From Malacoraja senta (Eukaryota): a stretch of 64,000 bases of DNA. The first letter of the stretch is position 1. The number at the start of each line of letters is the position of its first letter. The notes under the pieces are model-generated. The model was not told where the DNA came from, did not search any database, and saw nothing but the letters and a program-made list of their open reading frames with translations. Where the stretch lies: assembly GCA_038087875.1 (NCBI GenBank), contig CM075992.1:6264001-6328000 (forward strand), given 5' to 3'. Position numbers and translations under genes: made by a program. Below, one piece after another: positions 13,001 to 25,161 of this stretch.

Positions 13001-15550
13001 GAAATGCACAGTGGTTGGCACGTTGTCTGTGGAATTCTCTGCCTCAGAGGGCGGTGGAGGCCGGTTTTCTGGATGCTTTCAAGAGAGAGCTGGATAGGGC
13101 TCTTAAAGATAGCGGAGTCAGGGGATATGAGGAGAAGGCAGGAACGGGGGACTGATTGGGGATGATCAGCCATGATCACATTGAATGGCGGTGCTGGCTC
13201 GAAGGGCCGAATGGCCTACTCCTGCACCTATTGTCTATTGTTGAAGGCAGGCTAGTGGAGATGAAGGTCGCTGGTTAATCGCTCCGTCTTGCTCCCTTGT
13301 TGCCCCAGGGTGTGCCAATACTCAACGTAGAGAAGAACATGGAAATGTACAGCACAGAAACAGGCCCTTCGGCCCACTATGTCCGTGCCGAACATGATGC
13401 CAGGTTGAACGTGATTAAGGGTGAGTGTGCCTGATGTATAGTAGGATTGTCACTGAATTGCACGCTAGAACAGAAATTCACTGTAACCTGGGGACATAAA
13501 GTACCATTGAACCAGTAAACATGCAACTGCACAACACACCATGTACGCACCAAACATTATGTCAGGTTAACTAATCTCTTCTGCCTGCACGTGATCCATG
13601 CCTTTCCATTCCCTGCATATCCATGTGCCTATCTAAAAGCCTAACTAAAAGTTAGGAAGGGCAGGAAGTGAGCGGGCAAGATTATCTCTGACCCGTCTCA
13701 CCCTGGCCACAAACTCTTTGAATCACTTCCCTTTGGAAGGCGACTCCGGACTGTCAAAGCTGCCACAGCCAGACATTAAAACAGTTTTTATCCACGAGTA
13801 GTTGCTCTACTCAACAGCCAAAAATCTGTAGCCTCCCTTTGATCTGGTATTTTGTTGGTTCACATGCTTGATCAATGGTGTTTTATCATGAATGTTTTAT
13901 TATTATTAATGTTTAGTGTTTTCGGAGTCATTCGTAACTGTCACTGGATGTCATGTTGTTACTTGTGGGCGGAGCACCAAGGTAAATTCCTTGTATGTGA
14001 ATACTTGGCCAATAAACCTACTTACAGTACTTACCTCTTATTATCACGTGTACCGAGGTACAGTGAAAAGCTTTTGTTGCGTGCTAACCAGTCAGCAGAA
14101 AGACAATACATGATGACAATCGAGCCGTTTACAGCGTCGAGCTGAATATACGGGGGGCTCACAATATTTTCTATTTCAGATTTGCCGCATCTACAGGGTC
14201 TTGAAACCAAATGGTCAACCGGGAGATCGTGCAGACTCCACATACAAGAGCAGCAAGCAGAGGTCAGGATTGAACTGGGGAATGAGGGGAAAGAATTCAG
14301 GGAGAGCACCAGTAAATGGGAATTAGGGGAGAGCGCCAGTAAATGGAGGATTAGAGAGAGAGATGTGAGATTGAGAGAAAGATGGTGCGTCAGTGAGAGA
14401 GATAGTGTCAGTAACCAAGGTGTGGAGTGCTTCGGTGATTCAAGATACAAGATTCAAGAGAGTCTATTGTCATGTCCAAGATAGGACAATGAAATTCTTG
14501 CTTTGCTTCAGCACAACAGAACATAGTAGGCATGAATAAATACAGAACAGAACTGATCAGTGTGACCATATACCCAATGAATATACACAACGAATTAATA
14601 TATATATATACACACATATATGAGAGAGTGCGAGTGAGAGATAGAGTGAGAGAGAGAGAGAGAGAGATGTCAGTGTAATATTGTGAAGGTGTGAGGGTCT
14701 TTGATTATGTTGGCTGCTTCTCTGGGCCATTGTGAAGTATAGGTGGAGTTGATGTGCGATGGGCTGGGCTACATACACACTGTGTAGCTTCTTGCGTTCT
14801 TGGGCAGAGCCGCTGGACAGGAGGCATTCTGTGATGTCTCCGAAGATGTTGGTGTGAGACATGGATAGAGTCATTGAGCAGAATCGGAGACATGTGGAAT
14901 TTCCTTAGCCTTCTGGAGAAGTAGAGGCATGGCGTGCGTTGATATCTGCAGCATGAATGTGGTCGGACCAGGACAGATTGTTGGTGATATTTATGCTCAG
15001 AAACCTGAAGCTCTCGACCATTTGGGCGGTGCAGCGGTAGAGTTACTGTCTTACAGCGCCAGAGACCCGGGTTCGATCCTGACCACGGGTGCTGTCTGTA
15101 CGGAGTTTGTACATTCTCCCCGTGACCTGCGTGGGTTTTCTCCGGGTTCTCCGGTTTCCACCCACACGCCAAAGACGTACAGGTTTGTAGATTAATTGGC
15201 CAGTAAAATTGTAAATTGTCCCTAGTGTGTGTGGGATAGTGTTAGTGTGTGGGGATCGCTGGGAAGTGTACTCCACCCCACTTCTCGAAGTCGATACCTG
15301 CAGATTCTACAATCATTTAGTTGTTGAAACGTTAAGATAAGAAAGGTTTGGGATTCTTCTGGGTGAATTAATTGGGAGAGGTCCCCTACAGCAAGTGGCC
15401 TTAGATCTTGGTCAATAGGGGTGTTGACTTGAAACATCACCCAATCCTTCCTCCGGAGATGCCACAGATTTCTAAATCTACCTTTGGTGTAAACCAGCAT
15501 CTGCAGTTCCTTCCGATACCAAACATCTGTCTTCCAGTTTGGTACTGCAG

Positions 15551-15569
15551 ACCCGCCATCTAGTGGTCA
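15551..15569 (-). promoter_or_regulatory. CTCF-like core motif
   Basis: Minus strand reads TGACCACTAGATGGCGGGT, fitting CCASYAGRKGGC, in non-repeat sequence about 1.1 kb upstream of the miR-181 cluster. Confidence 0.5.
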
Positions 15570-15616
15570 GACTGAGTGCTGCGCAGCACAGCACAAAACA
15601 TCACTGATACAACCAG

Positions 15617-15828
15617 AAGGTACACAAAAATGCTGGAGAAACTCAGCGGGTGCAGCAGCATCTATGGAGCGAAGGAAATAGGCAACGTTTCGGCCCGAAA
15701 CATTGCCTATTTCCTTCGCCCGAAACGTTGCCTATTTCCTGCGCTCCATAGATGCTGCTGCACCCGCTGAGTTTCTCCAGCATTTTTGTGTACCTTCGAT
15801 TTTCCAGCATCTGCAGTTCCTTCTTTAA
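15617..15828. mobile_element. palindromic Penelope-end element with 15-bp flanking duplication
   Basis: CACTGATACAACCAG at 15602-15616 and 15829-15843; inverted arms. Confidence 0.8.
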
Positions 15829-16631
15829 CACTGATACAACCAGGGTCCTTTACCTAACAGAGTCTCAAAGCTGCAGTATTCTTGCACACAGTCTCAGCAC
15901 AGGGTAGATTCACGGGACAATCGTGAGCTTTATGAATGGGCAATAAATATGCAGAAATAAACTCTCAAATAATAAAAAAACAAACACTTATTTAATAGGA
16001 AAATTAAATTGCAGATGTTGGATTAAAGTCTGAAGGAGGACCCTGACCCAAAACGTTACCAATCCATGTTCTCCTGGGATGCTGCCTGACCCGCTGAGTT
16101 AGTCCAGCAATTTTTTAGCAGGTTGACTCGGAGCAGAAGCCTTCATTTGAACATAACATAGAACAGTACAGCACAGGAACGGGCCGGGCCCTTCAGCCCA
16201 CAATGTCTGTGGCGAACATGATGACAAATTGGTCTCCTTAAACCTTCACCCTCTGACCTTAAAGCTGTGCCCTCTAGTACTTGTCATTTAATTTAGACTT
16301 TAGAGATACAGCACGGACACAGGCCCTTCGATGAAGTGTGTCTGTGCCGACCAGCGATCACTATCCTACACACACTAGGGACAATTTACAATTAATTGAG
16401 GCCAATTCACCTGCAAACCTGTACGTCTTTGGAGTGTGGGAGGAAACTGGAGCACCCGTAAAAAATACCCACGCAGGTCACGGGGAGAACGTACAAACTC
16501 TGCACAGACTGCACCCGTTGTCGGGATCGAACCGGGTCTCTGGCGCTGTGAGGCAGCAACTCTACCGCTGCGCCACCGTGCCGCCCTATTTAGACGGTGC
16601 ACGAAAATATTCATCAAAACGTCAGCTGTGG

Positions 16632-16720
16632 ATCGGTTACGACTTCAGTGAACATTCAACGCTGTCGGTGAGTTTGGACATTAGAGGAACCATCGACCGT
16701 TGACTGTACCCTGCGGCCGA
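16632..16720 (+). ncRNA. mir181: pre-miRNA, miR-181a-type hairpin (syntenic position of mammalian MIR181C)
   Basis: 16651-16673 AACATTCAACGCTGTCGGTGAGT is the miR-181a mature sequence. A complementary 3p arm ACCATCGACCGTTGACTGTACC lies at 16689-16710, and the basal stem TCGGTTAC/GCGGCCGA can pair. Confidence 0.95.
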
Positions 16721-17234
16721 GATGATATCTGCGAGGGAGAGTCCTAGACCGGGGGGGGGGGAGTATTTGGGAGTGACTGTGTAGTTGCAGAGATATACTG
16801 CAGGGAGCGGCGATCTTGCATTGGACGCTCCCTTACACTGCGACAGTCCATGAGACAACTGGCGGCCAAAGCCGCAAGAAAATGCAGAGAGTTGCAGAGG
16901 AATCCCATGCATACTCCACACAGACAGCACCTGAGGCCAGGATCGAAGCCGTGTCTCTGGCACTGTGTGGCAGCAGCTCTATCAGCTGCACCACTATGCC
17001 ACTAAGGGCTGCCACAGGAATGTAACCAGTTGGTGCTGCCTGGTACACTTTAGTTTATTGTCACGTGTACCGAGGTACAGAGAAAAGCTTTTGCTGCGTG
17101 CTAACCAGTCATGCATGATTACAATCAAGCCATTCATAGTACAGATTCATGACAAGGGAAAAATGTTTAGTGCATATAAAGCCGAACAAGGTAAAGTCCG
17201 ATCAAAGGTTATCCGAGGGTCACCAATGAGGTAG

Positions 17235-17610
17235 ATAGTAGTTCAGGATCGCTCTCCAGTTGTGGTAGGATGGTTCAGTTGCCTGATAACAGCTGGGAAG
17301 AAACTGATGCTTAATCTGGAGGTGGGTGTTTTCACACTTCTATAAGGGAGAGGGGAGAAGAGTTGAGTGACCAGGGTGCGACTGGTCCTTGATTGTGCTG
17401 CTGGCCTTGCCGAGGCAGCGTGAGGTGTAGATGGAGTCAATGGAAGGGAGGTTGGTTTGTGTGATGGTCTGGGCTTGGTCCACAATCCACTGCGATTTCT
17501 TGGAATCTTGGATGGACGGAGCTGTCCCCAAACCGTGCTGTGATGCATCCGGATGGAACGCTATCTACGTCGCATCTGTAGAAGTTGGTGAGAGTTGTTG
17601 GGGACACGCG
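17235..17610 (-). mobile_element. Rex1/Babar-type LINE 3' fragment between the two miR-181 hairpins
   Basis: TLTNFYRC..SIYTSRCLGKASS..SFFPAVIRQLN across frames. Related fragments at about 13680-14020 (+), 14700-15020 (-), 19190-19570 (-) and 28035-28330 (+). Confidence 0.7.
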
Positions 17611-17628
17611 GATCTTGCTGTCGGTAAA

Positions 17629-17706
17629 GGCCACAATCAACATTCATTGCTGTCGGTGGGTTGTAAGTTATGGAAAACTCACTGACCAATGAGTGCAACT
17701 GTGGCC
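17629..17706 (+). ncRNA. mir181: pre-miRNA, miR-181b-type hairpin (syntenic position of mammalian MIR181D)
   Basis: 17639-17661 AACATTCATTGCTGTCGGTGGGT is the miR-181b mature sequence. The 3p arm CTCACTGACCAATGAGTGCAA is at 17678-17698, closed by GGCCACA/TGTGGCC. Confidence 0.95.
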
Positions 17707-19684
17707 GGATGATTCAACCTTCTCTCTAAAAGTTGTACCATGGAGACTCAACCAAATAGACCAGGGGTATGTTTAACCATCTCCATCTTGCAGGGTCTTG
17801 GATCAAGCCACGTGAATTGATCCTTTGCATTTTATCCCTGTAATTTTCAGTTTTTAGTTTTAGAGACATATAGCGTGAAAACAGGCCCTTCGGCCCACCG
17901 AGTCTGTGCCGACCAGCGATCACCCCTTACGCTAGCTCTATCCTACACACACTAGGGACAATTGACAGAAGCCAACCCCCGCAGGTTTGAGACGTGGGAG
18001 GAAACGAGAAGGTGAAGGTGCAATCAATTAATTGATTATTACGTTATTGTATGATTGATTATCATTTGTTTATTTGTTGTGTTTGCAGGCCTGTCAAGCT
18101 GCACAAAGTGAGAATTTCATTGCTCCACGACAATTATACGCTCCTGATCCCATCTCGAGCAGCTGCCTGCGAAGTGGGTCTGAAGAAGGGTCTCGACCCG
18201 AAACTGGCCACAAAATGCCGGAGTAACTCAGCGGGACAGGCAGCATCTCTGGATAAAATAAATGGGTGACGTTTCGGGTCGAGACACTTCTTCAGCCCGA
18301 CTTGAAACGTCACCTATTCCTTTCCGCCGGAGATGCTGCCTGTCCCGCTGGGTCACTCCAGCATTTTGGGTCTATCCCGTGAAGACAGGACTGGAGGCAA
18401 AGTATTCTCGACCTACGGCCCCATCTAAGACGTGGTGAGGCAGCTGCATGAAAGATCAGAGCCCTTTCTCTTATTTATTTTTCACAACTTAAATTTCTGA
18501 CTCTCATCTTTTGGCATTTTATACCAGGGTTTAATCTGCTCTTGTTCGCACCTGAGAAATACTGTTGACTCAACTGAGCGGAAACTCTTTGATGTTTACT
18601 TGCTGTGTCGCTGGCTCCAGGTGAAGGGGCAAAAAAAATATTAACACTTCCTGGTCATTTAGACACCTGCACAACACATGAATGGTCAGAGGCCAGACGC
18701 CAGCCAGACAGCAACATAAAAGAATGAGCAAACACTGCATACGTCAGATTAGCACACAATGCCCACTGCAGAGATACTTGGCTGGCTTTAAACGATGGAA
18801 AGGACTTTCACATGAATACCCTGTAATTTCTCCTGTAGGAAAGAGCTGCAGATGCTGGTTTAATTCTAATATAGACACAAGATGCTGGAGTAACTCAGCG
18901 GGACAGGCAGCATCTCTGGAGAGACGGAATGGGTGACGTTTCAGGTCGAGACCCTTCTTCAGACTGATCGAGGGTCTCTGAAGAAGGGTCTCAATCAGAA
19001 ATGTCACCCGTCAAGTCAAGTAAAGAGAGTTTATTGTCATGTGTCCCAGATAGGACAATGAAATTCTTGCTTTGCTGCAGCACAACAGAATATTTTAGGC
19101 ATAAATATAGATCAGATCAGTGTGACCATATACCATAGAATAAATATATATATATACACACATAAATACACATATAAAGTGCAATAAGTGTTATAGTTCA
19201 TAGTTTGTTTGAAGTTTAGTTTAATAGCCTGATGGTTGTGGGGAAGCAGCTGTTCCTGAACCTGGATGTTGCAGATTTCAGGCTCCTGTACCTTCTACCT
19301 GCTGGCAGCGGGGAGATGAGTGTGTGGCCAGGATGGTGTGGGTCTTTGATGATGCTGGCAGCCTTTTTTGGCAGCGCCTGCGATAGATTCCCTCGATGGT
19401 GGGGAGGTCAGAGCCGATGATGGACTTGCAACATTTTGCAGCCTTTTCCGCTCCTGGACGCTCAAGTTGCCGAACCAAGCCACGATGCAACCGGTCAGCA
19501 TGCTCTCTACTGTGCACCTGTAGAGGTTCGAGAGAGTCCTCCTTGACAAACCGACTCTCCGTAATCTTCTCGGGATCCACTCCTTCTCTCCAGAGATGCT
19601 GCCTGACCCGCTGAGCTACTCCAGCATTTTGTGTCTTATCTCCCTGTAATAATTGTACATATCACAAAGTTAATTTGTGCAACA

Positions 19685-20752
19685 TCATCCAGGGACGCAC
19701 TGAAGCTCGGTGCAGCCAACGCCAAGGCTCTGTGGAGGAGGACCACAGTCTAGGGTCCTTCTGCTGCTGGACATTGGGGGGCAGAGTCTGGTGGGGACAC
19801 CCCCCCAAACAGGGGCAGGGAGATCACCCCCAGGGCCCACATAAGTAGCAAGGGTGTTCGGTAAATTTGTAAACACTACATTACGACGCAATGAATATAT
19901 GTATAGCCTTTGAAAATGTTAGAAGATTTTTTTGCACGGTTCCTGTACTGTACGCTTTCTTTTAACGTTGAATAAAGTTAATTTTGATTTTTTTTTTAAA
20001 AGGTAGCGTTGCTGGCTTTCTGAGACCCGGGTTCGATCCTGACTACGGGTGCTGCCTGTACGGAGTTTGTACGTTCTCCCCGTGACCTGTGTGGGTTTTA
20101 TCTGATATATTCAGTCTCCTCCTACACTCCAAAGACGTACAGGTTTGTAGGTTAATTGGCTTGTTTAATTGGCTTGATAAAAAAAAAAGTTAAATTGTCC
20201 AAGTTGGCGATATGCAGAGTACTGCCCCGCCGACTACATGGTTCAGAAGGTGTATTCCGTTTCCTCCTACACTCTAAAGACATTCAGGTTTATAGGTTAA
20301 TTGGCTTGGTATAACTGTAAATTGTTCCTAGCCTGTGTAGGATAGCGTTAGTGTGCGGGGATCGCTGGTCGGCACAGACTCGGTGGGCCGAAGGGCCTGT
20401 TTCTGTGAATGTATGTGTTGCCGCTGAGAATGTCGGAAGAGTTTTTGCACAGCTCTTTTTGTACATATTTATAATTCTGAATTATTTTTGGAAATTAAAA
20501 AAAATATTAACCCAGGGACATTGGGGAGGGGGGCAGGTCTGGCAGAGACACCCCCTTAAACAGACATATCAATGCAGGCGGGCACATGAATGGCAAGACT
20601 GCTTGCCATTAGGATAGTTTGTGCACACTACTGAATATAACGCTAATGAATGTATAATCGTTGAGAATGTCAGAAGAATCTTTGCACTGATCTCTGTTCT
20701 GTATCTTTTTATATTCTCAATAAAGTTTATTTTTTGTTTAAAAAAAAAAATT
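19685..20752 (+). mobile_element. cluster of diverged Tx1-like LINE 3' ends interleaved with SINE pieces
   Basis: RDALKLGAANAKALW at about 19691-19735, plus three related GAATGT..GAAGA..TTTGCAC..AAT units at about 19890, 20405 and 20645. Confidence 0.55.
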
Positions 20753-20855
20753 GCGTTAAAGTTGGTTGTATTTTGAATAGTCTGCAATTCTACTATGATG
20801 CAAAGTGCTGGAGTAACTCGGCGGGTCAGGCAGCATCTCTGGAGAACATGGACAG

Positions 20856-21290
20856 ATAATAATAATAATAATAGATTTTATTTATATAGCACTTTTCAAT
20901 GACTCAAAGTCGCTTTACATTGAGAGTAAAAAAATATTTTAAAAAATAGAGCAGTAAGACAGAGATGCAAAGGGGAGGGGGACATGGGACTAAGGGTATG
21001 CAGAGGTGAAGAGATGGGTCTTGAGGCGGGACTGGAGGATGGTGAGGGACTCAGAATTTCGGATCAGTTGTGGGAGGGAATTCCAGAGCCTGGGAGCTGC
21101 CCTGGAGAAGGCTCTGCCTCCAAAAGTGCAGAGGTTGGATTTCGGAGTGGAGAGGAGACCAGCTGATGTGGATCTGAGGGACCGTGAGGGTTGGTAGGGG
21201 GAGAGGAGGTCAGTGAGATAAGGGGGGGGGGGGCAAGTGGTTGAGGGCTTTGTAGGTGAGGACCAGGATGATTTTTCAGGTTGGACCTTT
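20856..21290 (-). mobile_element. L2-clade LINE 3' end
   Basis: Minus strand encodes an APRLWNSLPQ-like C-terminus and ends in AAAGCGACTTTGAG..AAAAGTGCTATATAAATAAA followed by (TTA)n. Confidence 0.65.
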
Positions 21291-21505
21291 CCTCAGGCCA
21301 GTATCCCAGCACTTAGCCCCAGCATTTTCTGTCTTATTTTGTGAGCCAGTACCTGCAGTTCCTGGTGTCTACAATTTTAATATGTATAAGAATTATATCC
21401 ATGGAACTGTAAACTGAATGACATTTAATTTTATTACCAAAGTCTGTACAACAGCTATCACATCCAGTTTTAAGTGTGTGCTACCAAAGCCAATAGTTTT
21501 CAGTA

Positions 21506-22272
21506 GACACAAAGTGCTCTAGTAACTCAACGGGTCAGGCAGCATCTCTTGAGAAAAAGGATAGGTGATGTTTAGGATAAAGACCCGACTTCAGAGAGAC
21601 ATCACCCATCATTTTTCTCCAGAGATGCTGCCTGGCCTGCTGTGTTACAGTTATAGAGTGATACAATGTATATATATATAACAATGTATATATATATATA
21701 ACAATGTACATATATATATAACAATGTTACAATGTAACATATAAAATTATAAAAGGACTGGACAAGCTAGATGCAGGAAAAATGTTCCCAATGTTGGGCG
21801 AGTCCAGAACCAGGGGTCACAGTCTTAGAATAAAGGGGAGGCCATTTAAGACTGAGGTGAGAAAAAACGTTTTCACCCAGAGAGTTGTGAATTTATAGAA
21901 TTCCCTGCCACAGAGGACAGTGGAGGCCAAGTCACTAGATGGATTTAAGAGAGAGTTAGATAGAGCTCTAGGGGCTAGTGGAGTCAAGGGATATGGGGAG
22001 AAGGCAGGCACGGGTTATTGATAGGGGACGATCAGCCATGATCACAATGAATGGCGGTGCTGGCTCGAAGGGCCAAATGGCCTCCTCCTGCACCTATTTT
22101 CTATGTTTCTAATGTGGAAACAGGCCCTTCGGCCCAACATGCCCACCGGCCAACATGTCCCAGCTACACTAGCCCCACCTGCCTGCGTTTGGTCCATATC
22201 CTATCCATGTGTTTGCTCTAGCACTTTGTGCCTATCTTCGGTATAAACTAGCATCTGCAGTTCCTTTCCACA
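21506..22272. mobile_element. nested composite: Penelope-end palindrome containing CR1 3' fragments and an 18-20 bp AT minisatellite
   Basis: CCAATAGTTTTCAGTA at 21490-21505 and 22273-22288; three ACAATGTATATATATATA-like units at about 21663-21727; CR1 3' end at about 21740-22110. Confidence 0.7.
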
Positions 22273-22722
22273 CCAATAGTTTTCAGTATGCATCTAGTTT
22301 TAAATAAGTAGTGTTTTCAGCAGTGCTTTAATGAAACTTGCACTTCAGTTTTTCCCTTCATAGAACATGGTAACAAGCCCTTCGACCAACGCAACCGATA
22401 TGCCCCATCCAATCTAGACCCATTTTCCCATGATCCCTCTAAATCTTTCCGATCCATATACCTGTCTAAATTTATTTTAAATATTGTTATTGCATCTGCC
22501 TCTACTACTTTCTCTGGCATTTTGTTCCATATATGCTCCACCCTCTGTGTGAAAAAGTTGTCCCTTAGTTTTCCCTCTCACCCTAAACCCATGTCCTCTG
22601 GTTCTTGATTCCTCTACCTGGGAAAGAAGGCTCTGTGCATTCGCCCTATCTGTCCCTCACAATTTTATACACCTCTGTAAGATTACCCATCAGTCTCTTA
22701 CACTCCCGAGGAATAAAGTCCT

Positions 22723-23161
22723 TCTGAAAGGGGCTGCTCCTCAAGTTTTGGCTCCACTTTAGTCCGACGCTATTGATTTTTGGGCACCCGGTACAGAGGG
22801 GGGAGGGTCGGGAGGGAGGAGGGGGTCTCCCTGTCGGTCCGCTCCTGGGCCTGGCCAAGATGGCCATTCGTGGGTCCAGGCAGCGGGCAGTCGACGGCCG
22901 CACAGCGGTCGGCTGCCTGCCTCTTTTCCGGGGTTACGTCCGTGCCCACGTGTCCCTGGAGCGGGAACACGCGGTGTCCACGGGGACTCTGGAGGCCTTC
23001 CGCGAACGCTGGTCCCCGCGGGTCGAGTGTATTGTTGATAAAAATGCTAATATTTTAATTTGATAACTTTGTAAATTGCCAATATAGGCATTCTTTGATC
23101 GTGTTACTACTCTGTATTTTTGTTTGTTCTGAATAAAAGCATTTTTTTTTTTTTTTTTTAA
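22723..23161 (+). mobile_element. Tx1/L1-clade LINE 3' end with 14-bp target-site duplication
   Basis: LIFGHPV..LLGLAKMAI..FRERW C-terminus, AATAAA, T-rich tail. AGGAATAAAGTCCT at 22709-22722 and 23162-23175; inserted in a CR1. Confidence 0.75.
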
Positions 23162-24315
23162 AGGAATAAAGTCCTAGCTTGCCCAGCCTCTCCCTACAAC
23201 TCAGACCCTCGATTCCAGATAACAACCTTGTGAATCTTCTCTGCATTCTCACTAGGTTAATGACATCTTTCTTATAGCAGGGTGAGCACAACTGAACACA
23301 ATATTCCCAAGTGCAGCCTCAGTTACATCTTAGTGTCATAGAATCATACGGCTCTGAAACAGGCCCTTCGGCCCAACTCCTCCATGCCCACTCAAGATGC
23401 CTCATCTAAGCTCGTCCCATTATCTGCTTTTGCCCCATATCCCTTTAAATCTTTCCTATCCTTGTCTTGTACACTTGTTACATCAATTCATGTATTTAGT
23501 GTGAGTGGTTCACACCATGCCCACAATAATAACTTCACAGATCCACAGTTGGCGATTTATTAAAAATATGATTAAAAATTTTTTAAGTGGAAACATGACA
23601 GGACATGGGGAGAACACAGGTTTAAGGTGAAGGGGAAAGATTGAAAAGGAATCTGAGGGATTATTTTTTCACACAAAGTGTGGTGGTGTATGGAACAAGC
23701 TGCCAGAGGAGGTAGTTGAGGCTGGGACTATCCCAACGTTCAAGAAACAGTTAGACAGGTACATGGATAGGACAGGTTTAGAGGGATATGGGCCAAAAGC
23801 GGGAAGGTGGGACTAGTGTAGATGGGACATGTTGGCCGTAGGAGCAGAATTAGGCCATTCGGCCCATTGAGTCTACTCCACCATTCAATCATGGCTGATC
23901 TATCTTTCCCTCTCAACCCCATTCTCCTGACTTCTGCTCATAACCCTTGACACCCCTACTAATCAAGAACCTATCAATCTTCACCTTAAAAAATATCCAT
24001 TGACTTGGCCTCCGCAGTCGTCTGTGGCAATGAACTCCACAGATTCACCCCCCTCTGACTAAAGAAGCGGGCAAGATGGGCCGAAGGGCCTGTGTACACT
24101 CTGTATGACTGGGGCTCTATGTCACAGTCTCTATATTTTCTGTGATCTTCACATCTAATGAGGCCATAAATAGCTTTGAGGCTCACTCCCCGACAACACA
24201 CCACAGACTGATAACAATCTTCAACCAATCTTATCATTCAGTCGGTAAACAATGCCGGAGTAGCCCTTTAAAGGTGATTTCCCCAGTACCCAGCACCTAC
24301 TAACAGCCAGGCACC

Positions 24316-25161
24316 ATGTTCAAGGTCTGGACAGACTACCTAGAGTTGAGTTCGCTGGTGCAGAATATGATTGAAGCTCGGCACTCACCGGCAGAATCGA
24401 GAATGGAGACGGTATGGAGAAGACTGGACACTGGGATGGCCGAAGTGCAAAGCTGGAGGACAGCTGGTGACTCGAGACAACCTGTGTGGAAGAACAGCGT
24501 TACCGAGATACAACACGCAGCTGAAGCTATGAGGAGCCAGGGTTTGATGAAACTGGGGACTGGCCAATTTTTGACAGCAGACACCGATGCAGTAGGAAGA
24601 ATGTATCGCAAAGGCATGAAGGAGCAACGCTTGTTCAATGGGTTGGGGGGGTCACATTCACAGCACATCCCATGGATTCACAATCCTCCATCTCCTCACC
24701 GAAGTGCAGAACGACAAGCTGGTGTATGGGATTGGGAATCCAGTGTCCTGGCACCAAAACATAGGAGAGAGGTAGAAAGGCATAACTTACTAGAAGACCT
24801 CTTTCCATCGACAAGAGGCTCTGGAGGTAAGAAGGCAACCCGAGAGCTATTAGTCGTGCATCTTGGGGAGAATGGCCTGCTCCTCAGGGAAGACATGCCA
24901 GACTATGATTTCACGGCCAGTAAGATCGGCCAACAGTCCAGTGTATGTACATTCTGTAAACGAAACGGAGAGTCGAGAAAGACCTACACTTCACATGTCC
25001 TCAAAGACGCAAGCGGCAAGGTTGTTTGTCCAATTCTACGCGGATACACCTGTCCACTGTGCAATGCCACTGGGGACAAGGCACACACTAAACGCTTCTG
25101 TCACCTTCAAGGTAACTATAGATCTACCTACAGGAAAACACCCCGAAGCATCGCCATCTGA
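24316..25161 (+). CDS. nanos3: Nanos family CCHC zinc-finger translational repressor, single exon, 281 aa
   Basis: Kozak-like GGCACCATG; N-terminal NOT1-interacting motif FKVWTDYLEL; C-terminal double CCHC finger CTFCKRNGE..H..CPILRGYTCPLC..AHTKRFC. The paralogue is assigned from finger similarity and from its position between miR-181 and BRME1/CC2D1A. Confidence 0.93.
   Translation: MFKVWTDYLELSSLVQNMIEARHSPAESRMETVWRRLDTGMAEVQSWRTAGDSRQPVWKNSVTEIQHAAEAMRSQGLMKLGTGQFLTADTDAVGRMYRKGMKEQRLFNGLGGSHSQHIPWIHNPPSPHRSAERQAGVWDWESSVLAPKHRREVERHNLLEDLFPSTRGSGGKKATRELLVVHLGENGLLLREDMPDYDFTASKIGQQSSVCTFCKRNGESRKTYTSHVLKDASGKVVCPILRGYTCPLCNATGDKAHTKRFCHLQGNYRSTYRKTPRSIAI

Noticed and set aside
172..16000. 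Many 60-220 aa ORFs (for example 2781-3449, 3914-4414, 9631-10127)
   Set aside because: They overlap SINE, CR1 or Penelope-end repeats and recur as near-identical peptides (TKCWSNSAG, RDAACPAELLQHF); no coherent gene structure.
1..16600. miR-23/27/24 cluster expected upstream from human synteny
   Set aside because: I did not find the mature sequences by eye on either strand. The AATGTGAT hits belong to CR1 3'UTRs. The cluster may lie outside the window.
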